Source of the DNA: Eledone cirrhosa
Lineage: Eukaryota
Length of the DNA: 64,000 nt
Assembly (NCBI GenBank): GCA_964016885.1
Contig: OZ024750.1
Location: 32,054,001 to 32,118,000, forward strand
Direction: 5' to 3'
Position numbers and translations under genes: made by a program. Below are positions 1-11,901 of this stretch, one piece after another. Under the pieces are notes generated by a model, which searched no databases, had not been told where the DNA came from, and saw nothing but the letters and a program-made list of their open reading frames with translations. The stretch's first letter is position 1. Each line of letters opens with the position of its first letter.

Positions 1-464
1 CTCTTTCATATACAGGCGAATCGCTCATGGATAAAATGTTAGGTTAGTTAATAGCTTTCAAACTTATTAAAGAAATTATTGGCTTTGAATTTACAATGGA
101 AATAAAAACCTAGATATAAAATAATTGAAAAATTATTTGAATTGATTTTCAATTAACTGTGTCTGGTTTATGACAATATCTTTTATTCTCTATGTTCGGA
201 AATACATTTATGTACATTCGTTTCGGTCACATTAATCCGAAGTTAAAGGCTGAAACAATTGCTTGAGGGGCGTGGAGTTTTCTTTTCTGAATACCTTCTG
301 CTATCCCGTTCTCTAGTGTGTTTTTTAACACTTATTAATCATCATGCATCTGAAATCTGAAGCTTTGTTTACATTTTTGGTTAAAGTCGAGGGCTCATCA
401 CTGGTTTCCTTGACGTTAATTGACTGAGAATACGAAACTCTATCAAAACTAGTTCAGCTTCCCA

Positions 465-585
465 GCTACTGCTGGTGCTCACTCAACTCAGCTGAGTGTG
501 CAGGAGCAACAAGAAATATGAGGAAATCGAATCGACGTTACAAAGATCTCAGGTCAAGAGCCCCTAACCATTAGGCCATGCGCCT
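465..585 (-). mobile_element. Degenerate tRNA-derived SINE fragment
   Basis: Minus strand begins AGGCGCATGGCCTAATGGTTAGG (A-box-like) followed by GATTCGATTTCC (B-box-like); resembles the SINE head at 36110. Confidence 0.5.
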
Positions 586-977
586 TACATGGTACTAATT
601 AATATTTCTCATTTTAAACACAATTCCAAGTATTCAATATCATCAATTGTGTGATAGACTTGCCCTAATGAAAATTAAAGTTCCATGAGATGATGGCGAA
701 CTTCTTTGCATGCTAGTCATAAATTTATATGACAGTAATATTGTTCAAATTTAAGTCAATTATTTTTCCATTTACAAATATCATTCAGATAATAAGAAAC
801 TATTAAAAGAAGAAAAGACGATAACTGTGCCCCAAGTTACTCAATGAAATAGTGAATTTAGGAATATATATTATGTCATACAGGAATGACTCCTACAGGA
901 CTGAAACTGTTTGTTGTGTGAATGTAAAACTCTGTAGCAACAAAGCGTATTCTCAATAATATATGTACACATCCAAA

Positions 978-1352
978 TACTCTCGGATCTCGAATAATCT
1001 TCCCCTCCTCCCCGCTTATTAATTTTTCAGATTTTTTTCCACCCCACCCCTGCTTATCAAATTTGGCTAATCCGTTAAAATTTTATTTTAAATATTAGAA
1101 TTCCTGCGACAAGTATACATTTAAAAACATTATACATGACAAAAGAAGTACATTCCTAGAAATTCCATACGTTATAAATTAAATAGGATGGGTTGGGGTC
1201 TCAATATGTAAACTAAACGACTAATTCTGTTTTTTTTTTAAATTTAAATCAACGGAGACAACCTAGAAAGATTATCGATTTTCCACCCCCGCTTATCCCA
1301 ACTCCCCCGCTTATTCAATCCTCCCCCATCTATTGTTTCGGACCCGAGACTA
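978..1352. mobile_element. MITE (non-autonomous DNA transposon, possibly Tc1/mariner/pogo type)
   Basis: Imperfect terminal inverted repeats TACTCTCGGATCTCGAATAAT (978-998) and ATTGTTTCGGACCCGAGACTA (1332-1352), TA at both ends, four subterminal CCCC(G/TG)CTTAT motifs. Confidence 0.6.
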
Positions 1353-2043
1353 TATTAAATTTTTAAGATGACGGGACATCAGGCTAATGGAAACGTACTG
1401 TAGATGTAAATATTCAAAGTCTTTCGTCCCTAAAGATAAGGTTAATAGTTAGGTTAGAAAGTTTATAATTCCATTAACTTATTGTGTAAACGGCTCTACA
1501 GTGTTTTCTTGGCCGAAATATCTTACTTCCAAAGTCTCACTTTATATAGATGTGAGTCCTATTACAAAACGTTCAGTTCAACATTTTAAGAAGCGGCATT
1601 ACTGAAATATCGATTTGTAAGTTTGGCAAAATGCCTCACTTTTAGTTTACAGTGTATTAACTCGACCAATGCACTTGAATGATACGTTATTTTATCGATT
1701 CTGAGATGATGAAAAGTAAAGTTGACATTGGTCGGATATGAACTCAGTACGTAAATAAATGTAATATTAACATACGTTATAATGGAATAGGTTTTTGCGA
1801 AGATTGGACACGGTTAGGCTGACTAGTGATATTCAGTAGTAACGTCTACTTAAATGTTTTATGTTCCCCCGAAAGGAATCTAAATATTTGTTAGAATAAC
1901 AAAAAGCCGTTAAAAGCTATAGCTATCAATCTGTTCTTCAATAATATTGTAATACGTTACCCAGTTTGTCTTCCTATTAAGCTATTGTTGCTACGTAAAC
2001 ATACTATTAAACATATAATTCCTATTAAAATAAAGTGTGTACG

Positions 2044-2092
<49 letters not shown>

Positions 2093-2343
2093 TAATAGGC
2101 TTTATTTATTTCTGTTTTATGTTATTTCATGGCTCACATCTTAATGGCTCAGCTGCAGTATTTTGTATATTATGACTGTGTGTTCGAGTCCTACTATAGC
2201 TTTCTGATATGACAATTAAGATACAATGTAGACTTGTTATGGTTCGTTAAATGTTAACGAAGTAGTAGGAGTAGCCTAGCAGTATGACACATTTACATTT
2301 ACATTTACAATATATCACTAATTTGCATTATAATTTATAATTT

Positions 2344-2723
2344 GGCATGACCATCTTCCCGTTCCATGGTGGTAAACCCCTCATCTAGGATGCAACAAGC
2401 ATCGACACTTTCTCCAGTGGCAACCTGGTATAGTCTGCGATTAATCCAGGCTCTTCTGAACTTCGAATCAAGGAGGGTAGACTCTCCAAATATCGATCTC
2501 TTTCCAACAGGTTTGTGGTCGAGCCCGTAGCATGGATACTTTTGGTGTCCCTGGCCATAGAACCACCTATGTACTGACCGCCGTCGCCATGGAATTGGCT
2601 ACCCGCAAGTTTGAGCCTCGTGAGGTGGAATGGCTCTTCCAACGCGGCTCCGAGGAACCGCCTTCTCTATTCTGTCCTCCAGGGCCCTGGGGGACCAATG
2701 CGTTGGGTCCCGCTTGCTTGTAA
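2344..2723 (+). pseudogene. 3' remnant of CRE-clade non-LTR retrotransposon (restriction-like endonuclease domain)
   Basis: Hand translation GMTIFPFHGGKPLI*DATSIDTFS...SKYRSLSNRFVVEPVA, then frameshift to MDTFGVPG...EPREVEWLFQR; matches the recalled RPDG-x-T-x-FP...WDAT / PVA-x-ET-x-G / WLFQR pattern; has stops and a frameshift. Confidence 0.65.
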
Positions 2724-4689
2724 TAGCTATAGATGGGAAGAGCTAGAGAAACAGAGGCAGTAGTTTAAAACACCTGATAGAAATATAGGAAACAAAACTG
2801 TGTGTGTGTGATGATAAATATGAATAGAATGTATTTGTGTCCTTATTGGTAATTTAAAATCCAGCTGCAGACTAGTTTACGACTGTGTTTTAAAAACTCA
2901 TAAATATCAAATGGTGATTCTGTTATGCAAGGCAACTTAGTCATTTCATAATTTATTGATTCTAGAAGGACGAAAAGCAATGTTGGACTCAACAGGATTT
3001 GAAATAAAAAGGTAAAGTGAGGTAACCAAATACTACTAAAATATTGTCCGGCGCTCTAATGATTCTGCCAAACCAGCATTCATTACCAGAATATTATCAA
3101 CATAAAAATAGATATAGATTGTCCTCGATTTTGATCCATACTTAAAAATTATATTTTGAGATTATATCTGAATTATTGTTGTACCTGTTGTGTAAAACGT
3201 CTGTCACGCGGGAAAATGGATGGTAAAATGTATGTGTGAGTGTCTGTCATAAATAGATAGAAGGAGAGAGAGACAGAGCGGTATTTACTATTGTTTTGTT
3301 TAATATAAGCGCTAATACTTCTTATAAATGTTCTCTCTCACTCACCTATTGAATCGTACAAGTTGTGAAATTGACCGGTTTACGTATATCGCCGGCATTT
3401 AATGTCCGGAAAGCTTTTAGCATTACCATTGTTACTGTTGCACTATTTCTCGCCAAGGGACTTGGAGACAAGAGTCGAATGTTACCATTCTACTGTACAG
3501 CGATTGGAGACTGAATTTTTCTAATAACAAATGTTTCACTCACTTGTTCATTTGTGTTTGAGATACGTTGGCTGAGTGCTTATGGCGGGAGCAGAACTAT
3601 TTGAATTTCGTTTCTTGCCACCATGTACATTTCTGAATCGGTAGCCAGCTGGTGGACGTCATTGTGATGACGCGTAGCGATTTCGGTTGACAACGTTTTA
3701 CTGTGTCAGACTGGAATCGAATTCTGTCGATCGATTGATTATTGATTAGGTGAAACTCGCTGATGAAGCTACATGTGCCGATTGTGCATTGTTGCATAAT
3801 ATATGCAGACAGTGTGAGCTGTGCACTCTAATGCTACATTAAGTGTGACCGAAACTCGAGTACGGGAGTAATTGAAGGTACCCTTTTACGTGCATTGCAT
3901 TGAAGAGAATATCTATGTGCCTACTCCGGGAGTTTATTGAACATTACCTATTGAGTACGTTGAGATGCAACCGACCCTAGCAGTAAAACCCATGCTAATT
4001 CCGTCAACTTATTATATATATATATATATATACAACTTATTATATATATACAGATAGATAGATAGATAGATAGAGGAACTGAAAAATAAATTATTTTTCT
4101 TAAATTCTGTCACGCTGTGGAAAGAGGAGGGGAAAATGTATGTTTGTAAGAGTGAAAGATTGGGGGGGGGGGGGGGGGTAAGCGTGTAAGAGAAAATTAA
4201 AAAAAGAAATGAATTTTAGGGAAAATATTATTGTCTTCAAATTATAAATTAGTAACAGAACACATTTGATAATTTCAGTTTGGTGTTACATTTTTTCATT
4301 TTATTATGTTGCTGTTACACACAGAATTAAGTACTGTACTATTTTTATTCATATGTATAACCTATCAACACATGCTTGGAGAAACCGCTTGGCGAAACCG
4401 CTTGGCGTCGCGATCGGGTTTATACCTTCCTCTATACCCACACTGCTTCTGCCATGCATTGAGCACTCCTATGATTTGTGGTCTCAGCACTGCAGGCTCT
4501 ATATATAACTTCTAAATACTAAATTAAAAATAACACATTGATCTTATACTTATAATTAAACTTTTAATTATTCTATAAGTTACACTAAATTGGTAATAAA
4601 TCATATGATGAAATTTGTGACAAGTATACAAGGAAGAATACAGTTTTCAATGGTACACCACCCTTTTTTTCATCTCACATTGCACTCCA

Positions 4690-4985
4690 TTTTGAATTAC
4701 AAAGTTCTCACGTGACACTACACTACATTATATATTACAATATGTTTACACCACCTTATTAATTACAATATTTTCACCTGAAACACAACACCTTATGGAT
4801 TACAATATTTTCACCTGAAACACCTTATACATTACAATATTTTCACCTGAAATACAACACCTTATGGATTACAATATTTGTTCCTGGCACTATACTCCAT
4901 TATAAATTACAACATTCTCACATGACATAGCAGAATTATTACATTATTCTCACTTGAAATACACATCATTACATATTGCAATGTT
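4690..4985. repeat. Degenerate minisatellite, about 33-38 bp unit
   Basis: Repeated TTACAATATTTTCACCTGAAA(CACAA)CACCTTAT units, clearest at 4763-4880. Confidence 0.8.
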
Positions 4986-6772
4986 TCCTTTTATAAACTA
5001 TCCTATAGTTTTCAGAATAATCGGGGTATCTCTATATAAATCAATGTACATGCCATTCGCTATTTAGTTATATTCATTTACGTTCAGATTTGTATTGACT
5101 AAACCAAAAATTCACATAATTTAGAATTATTAAATAAGTAAAGAATTATATGTCTACTTTTCAAAACATATATTGAAAGATTTTGTTTTATATTAATGCG
5201 GCTCATCAAAGTACTAGCAGAAATCTTTCTTTTTAAGATATTCTGTAGGATTTCTTTTTCTTACAAAAAGCATAAATTATAAATGACTAATTGCACGATT
5301 GTTGCCTTTCGCTACATGGAATTTTACGTTTAGAATTATTAATTGGTATAGGACATTCCTTGCAAATAGTAAATATACATCAGGCCTCTAATTTAAAAAA
5401 AAAAAAAAAACTACAGATCCTTATAATTTATAGTGGGCTTTGGCTATAGACACATTTCACAAGATAAAGACGATCGGAGCACATTCAATTTTAGATTTGA
5501 TGAAGCTACTAATGTTACCAATAAAACGGACCAATGATAAAAAGGGTAAAGGAGGGTTGGCTTGTGTATAACATCTCTTATTCTATGGACTATACTTCAT
5601 CCGAGTAAATGCAGATGCCAAACGGAAGAAATATACAGCGATAAATCATTTCATTGTATCGATTCCCTTCAATGAATGACTTTGTATAAAACGTTCAATT
5701 AATATATGTAGTATAATCACAGAACAATCAAAGGGATAGCTTGGGTTAAACGTACACATGATTTCCTGTATACAAAATCTACGTAGATATTGAATAACAA
5801 AGTATGATGGTAAAGTTCAAAACCGTATGTCTTTAGATAACGTAATAAACTTCTATCTAAAATCTACTGAATATTATCTTGCGGTGAAAGTTAGATTGAT
5901 CTTGTTTAATGTTATTCTCAATCCAAGTACGTCTCGTAAATAATAAATATGATACATCATGCATTCCCTTTCATATTTCCTAGAGAGGAATTGAGTTTAT
6001 ATATATTACTAATATACTGCATAAATGCGATATGTCCGGTGATGTTCAAATAATTCAATAGGGTTCAGGAATCGGAATAATCAACTAGGCAAACGCCATC
6101 AATCTGAATTCTAGAAAACTAATATGAAAATAATTTAAGAATTCGTAGATATTCATGGCATACCATTGATATTGTTTGCATTTCAATACATTCATATTGT
6201 ATTCTATTTGAAATACTATATAACATACATATTCTACCTTACAATACTTTACAATCCAACTTAATTATTCATTATTAAAGATGGCCTTTACATGAAGTAT
6301 TAAAACATTGATAACTGTAAGTAATTTTTGGTATTTCCAAGCAGAAAAGTAATTGCAATATATATGAAATAGACTGGAACTACGAAGCATATGAAATGTC
6401 TAAGGTTAAAGAAACAAGTGATGTCTACTTTCACTTTCGGAAATCAAACTACATCATTATCATTCTGCAATTCATTTAACTCTAACCCCCGAAGTGTAAC
6501 AAATTGAAGAATATTGTTTGTAATAAAAGCATCAAATATTTCTCTAGGCATCCTGCTAAGGTCTGAGTACTTGCAATAATCATCTGCATGGCTTTCATGT
6601 TTACTAATGTCTTTATTTCGATTATTTTCATATAAATCCACTTTCCCCATTCCCATATATTTCCTTTCTATTTCCTTTCTATTCCACGCATGTATCAAAT
6701 AATTTATATAATGAAGAATCATAAATACATATGCACAAAAACGAATACATAAATATATGCACACACACACAA

Positions 6773-6841
<69 letters not shown>

Positions 6842-9187
6842 CGCACACACATAATTACACACACACATACACACACACAAATATATAAACACGCATACAC
6901 ACACACACATATATATACATATACATACATATATATGTGTATTTACTTATATACATACATACCTGCGTATATGTGTAAGTGTATTCATATGCAAACCGTC
7001 ATTGTGATTTTGTTTTCAATTTTGTTTGGAAGCTATTTGGCAAGTATCTTTTCCCTCATTTTTATGGCATTAATGTCGATCACCAATTGTGCTCAATTAA
7101 CGTATAACATTGATTATTCATGTATATATGTATATAGCTCTGTTCGTGTTCCATCTAAATATATTGAAAGTGAAATATTTATTTCTGATGCTACGGAAGC
7201 TGAATGAAAGTCTATTGGAGATTGTGAAGTTCAATTGCTAAAACTCCATGGTCTCACAAAATTGGTTACAAACTTAGAATTTCCTCTGAAGATTTAGAAA
7301 CATTTATAATTATATTTGCAACATGAGTTAAATTGTTCAGAAAATTTATGGAAATATTAATAGCGAAATTAATAAATTTGGATCAGCTTCTTTGTCGCAG
7401 GGTGGAATAATATCGTAGGCCTCGGGAGTAAACCTTTCTGTATGCGTCAGATGAAATGTTAGGTACGAGACGTCAAACTAGCTTATAAAATATATCATGA
7501 AGTCCGTGGTAGAACTTTTACAGACGAAGACCACTACTATTTTCCTGAAGCAAGGTTTATGATATGAAATATAATTGCGTGATTTGAACAAAAAAAAATG
7601 TGATGTGATGTGTAGTGACTAAAATAAAGCCAAATTAATTCCTACCTGAGATTGAAATCACAATCGTTTGGAGTTAGACCGAAGAAACCGATCTCAGAGT
7701 TGATTGATTAATGTGCCACACGGTAAACATTCGTATGAAATAATATGCAACATATTGAGTAACTTGATGCAAGTATCTCTTAATTCTGTACATGTAGATT
7801 TGATATCATATTTTAGATTCACATTTAAAATGATTTAGATATAGATTATATACATCAAAAATTCCCGTAAATATATTTTTCCCAGCGGACAGATTCTTAA
7901 TTTTCTTTACATTCTGATTGGTAGAATGTCAAAGTTAAAGTAAGTGATGGGAGAAAATGATATCAATCGTTAAAAGTATTTAAATAAATTCGTATCGCTT
8001 GACTGGTGAAACAATTCTCTCCAGATAAATCCAATAGTTTTAGATATATAAACAAAGTAATCGACCTTCTTGCGAGCATCATTCAACACATGCTACAAGA
8101 ATTGAACAATCGTTAATCAAACATTTCTATCCAGATATCAGTCTCTTTCTACTCAAAGGATATTCCCTCAAACTAAGCAGTTTAAGTTTGAAACATATAT
8201 ACTTCGGAATTGGCAGGTGGAGTTCGTATGGAAGTGTTATGTTTGAAAGAAATATAATGAAATAGAATGAAACAATGTTTAGATGAAACTAAAATTGATT
8301 CCTGGGAATTACTTCTTCTGTAATTGTGTCTGTTTATTATTTATAAAGTTTGCAGACGACATGGCAGAATAATGTAACACAATATTTACTTTCTTCCTTT
8401 TCATATAATATTTCACATCTTGCAAGGGTCGATGTTTTTTCTTTCAGTCAACATTGTACATCAAATAATTTAGAAACTTTCTTCTAAAATGCGTCGATTA
8501 TGATCCCGCACCCGCTCGACAAAACGTTAATTAGTTTAATTTCAGACTTCACGTGTTATCATCAATAATATAATTGCTTATTACATTCATCACATAGGTA
8601 AATGTTTTCTTTAAATATAAATTAGCATAGGGGGAATGCTAGGGATAGCGGTTTAATTTCAGCGAATATGTACACATTACCATTTTTCACGAGTCTCTTT
8701 GTCATCTTTTTGCAATGATATTGACCAAAGAGTTAAGTAGATTACGGTTTTGTTTCAGGAGATACATTACCGGTTTGATCTTAAATTTAGCCATACGAAA
8801 ACGAGTAATTAAAAGCATTGCCGAACACGCTGAAATATGCTGTGCTGAGCATGTAATTTGTCGATGGGCATTAATAGATTAGTTATTGATTGATAAAGTA
8901 GGATTATTCGTTTGAGATTGAATGGTCTAGGAATAGTAAAAGTGCATTCTTGACGTCAGGAGATTGATTTGCTGCTATAAATAACTTGAAGACACCGATG
9001 CTAAATGATTAATGATGTAATCTGTGCAACAGCATAATTCAAGGTTTCCCGTGCCATACCCCCTTCCCACCACATAGACGTTTGTATGTATATATATATA
9101 TATATATATATATACATAAATATGTATGTATGCATATATGTATGTATGGGTGTGTGTATGTATACATGCGTGTGTATGTATACATGC

Positions 9188-9238
<51 letters not shown>

Positions 9239-9289
9239 AATATGTATGCATATATGTATGTATATATGTGCGTGTGTATGTATACATGC

Positions 9290-9340
<51 letters not shown>

Positions 9341-9772
9341 AATATGTATGCATATATGTATGTATATATGTGTGTGTGTATGTATACATGTGTCTATGTA
9401 TGTATATGTACATACTGATATTAGCGGCGTCTCAAAACATAGTAATTTTAGTTTGCCGGGAGGTAAGTCAAGATCCACTACAAATTAACTCCCCAAATTA
9501 TTCACAGTTTGTGTTTTAGTACTGCCGTTATATATATTATTATTATTATTATTATTATTGAATGCCATGGTTGACGGAGGCTCGGCTCTGTAAGGTATAG
9601 TAATTTTTAACCGTTAAAACAATTGTAAATTGTTTAAAACTTGAACCAAATTGTTGATAAAGACACCCTCCTCCTCGTGAGAGGGGTCTTTCTGTCCGTT
9701 ATTTGGCCCTTCGGGGTTAAATAACCAGTTATTGGGGTTTTGTACCCAAAATTTCATTTTAAACAAAAAAAC

Positions 9773-11866
9773 ATGGCTACCAAAAAGAAATTTCATACGT
9801 CACTCCCACTCATTCCGTCTTCTTCTTCCTCAATCATCACTACAGCAGAGAGAAGATTGTCTCTCTCCCTCCCTTCTTTAAATGTGTCTCTCTCCCTCCC
9901 TTCTCTTTCGCAAGCGACGAAAGAAAAGAAAAGTCTCGTGCAAAGCGTGCAAGGTTTCTCCACGACGACGACGACAGCGACGAAACAGGTGTGCAGGAAA
10001 TACGAAAACCCAGTTCATTCGTCTGACGTCAGGAATAATAGCAGTAGCAGCCGTAATAACAACAGCAACAGTGACAATGAAAACAACAGTAGCAGCCGCA
10101 ACAGCATCACCAGCAGCATAAACAACAACAGCATTAGCAGCAGCAACACCAACAACAACCACAGCAACAGCGGCGGAGGCAGTAGTCGTAGTACCTGCAG
10201 CAACAAAAGTACCAGCAGCTCTGACGACAACAACAACAGCAGAGAAAAACCAATCTCATTTGCAGGTATTGCGAAAAACTTGGAAACAATCCTCATAACA
10301 AATGAGGAATTAGAGGAAGCGAAGAAGATGGTGACAAAGAACGGACACCGAGCAATCTGCAAGGCAGCGAAAAATTTTTTCGAAACCCAAGAGCACTGTA
10401 CGGTCACGTACCGTACAGTAAGTACAAAATCCCGTAGGGTGGAAAGAGCCACAGAGGCCCAAATACAAAAAGCCTTGGGGTCTGTGTGGCAGAGGAAAAC
10501 GCACATCACCCGAGGCAAAAAATACGCCACCGTAGACGTACTTTTTGCCACACCCCAGGAGGCAAAGGCCCAATCAGTAGTGACCCTAAGGAGCGAGGAA
10601 ATGGTGTTGGTGCCCTCCTACTGCGGGCAAAAAATTGTGAGGGTCAAACTGACCCACGTCCCCCCCGGAATGACCCCTTCTTGGCTGGCCGCGTCTGTCC
10701 TCGTCGGAATCGAGGACAAAACAACTGTACTGCAAGTACAGAAAAAAGTAAGAGAAGATTGGGTCGGCTCCTCCATTGAGATGCTAATCCAAACCAACCA
10801 GGAGTGCATCGAAGCTATCCCGGATGTGATAGACTTCGATAACGGCACTCAACTGCCCATAAGTGTTGAGGGCAAACGCCCGAAATGCTTTCGCTGTGGA
10901 TCGAAGACTCACCTCAGGGCCTTCTGCAACGAGAAGACCCTGAGAAAGGAGAAAACCCCCCTCCTTCCGAATCCGGCTCCACGGCTACCAGCAACAGGAC
11001 AAGCGGCAACCAGGAACGATAGGTCCGTGGCACCCATACCCACTCCACGGAAATCAAAGACAGCAGCAGCAGTGGAAATATTAACAACAACAACAGCAAT
11101 ACCAAATGCAGCTGCAACAGAGACTCCAGTGCAAACATCACCAACAACAACAAGTGAAAGAGTGGAGCTGGTACCCCTCCCCGACCTTACAGAATCAGAC
11201 ATGGAGTGTGAGGTGGGAGAGGGATGGCAAAAGGTCGCAAGAAGGCACAAACGCAGAAGCAGCGCATCGTCGCCTTTGAAAAGGGAGGAAAGAAATGAGA
11301 AAAGGGTAAAGTCTACTGCAAAGAGACCCACAGCAGCAACACCACCAACACCATCACCACCCACACCAGCACCACCATCACCACCGGCGACAACCCCACC
11401 GCCAACAACACCTTCAACACCACCACCACAAGCACCAACATCGCAAACACAACAACAAAACACACACACCCAGCAACAACGACAAGAAAATAGCAGAACC
11501 ACACCCCACCCCCAGAAAAACAAATGCACGGCAATAAACACACACAACAAGAAACTAATGACTTACATAATTGAACACACAGACATTTCACAACAGGACT
11601 ACATAATACCAGCACCAATCAAAACGCCAACTAACATAAGACTGCTAAAAATAGCACAGAAACAATACACAAACATTAAAACGAAATTCCCCAACGCTGT
11701 TGGTGATTTCAGGGACCTAGGAGGAACCATTAATCGAAGAGTATATTCAGACATTCTCTTAGAAGAGCCGACGACCAGCCGAAGGGACGATTCAACGGTC
11801 CCTTCACCAGACGATCAAGTGAAAAGGGATGTAAAAACCATCCCTCCTCTACCAAAAGTACGGTAA
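9773..11866 (+). CDS. LINE ORF1p, gag-like nucleic-acid-binding protein with CCHC zinc knuckle
   Basis: First in-frame ATG at 9773; CFRCGSKTHLRAFC (Cx2Cx4Hx4C); Ser/Asn-rich N-terminus and Pro/Thr-rich tail; shares ISFA, PSYxGxK and SVEGxRP with ORF1 at 58192. Confidence 0.9.
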   Translation: MATKKKFHTSLPLIPSSSSSIITTAERRLSLSLPSLNVSLSLPSLSQATKEKKSLVQSVQGFSTTTTTATKQVCRKYENPVHSSDVRNNSSSSRNNNSNSDNENNSSSRNSITSSINNNSISSSNTNNNHSNSGGGSSRSTCSNKSTSSSDDNNNSREKPISFAGIAKNLETILITNEELEEAKKMVTKNGHRAICKAAKNFFETQEHCTVTYRTVSTKSRRVERATEAQIQKALGSVWQRKTHITRGKKYATVDVLFATPQEAKAQSVVTLRSEEMVLVPSYCGQKIVRVKLTHVPPGMTPSWLAASVLVGIEDKTTVLQVQKKVREDWVGSSIEMLIQTNQECIEAIPDVIDFDNGTQLPISVEGKRPKCFRCGSKTHLRAFCNEKTLRKEKTPLLPNPAPRLPATGQAATRNDRSVAPIPTPRKSKTAAAVEILTTTTAIPNAAATETPVQTSPTTTSERVELVPLPDLTESDMECEVGEGWQKVARRHKRRSSASSPLKREERNEKRVKSTAKRPTAATPPTPSPPTPAPPSPPATTPPPTTPSTPPPQAPTSQTQQQNTHTQQQRQENSRTTPHPQKNKCTAINTHNKKLMTYIIEHTDISQQDYIIPAPIKTPTNIRLLKIAQKQYTNIKTKFPNAVGDFRDLGGTINRRVYSDILLEEPTTSRRDDSTVPSPDDQVKRDVKTIPPLPKVR

Positions 11867-11901
11867 GTGGTCTTTCCCATCTTTTCCACTCTATTTTAAA
11901 C

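Noticed and set aside
3340-3960. GC-richer non-repetitive island as exon or enhancer
   Set aside because: No convincing ORF, splice pair or repeat hallmark; cannot be supported without conservation data.
4690-4985. Regularly spaced repeats resembling a CRISPR array
   Set aside because: Units are tandem and degenerate without unique spacers; no cas genes; eukaryotic context.
7280-7310. CTGAAGA-TTTA-GAAAC as a hammerhead
   Set aside because: No stem II and no pairing stem I.
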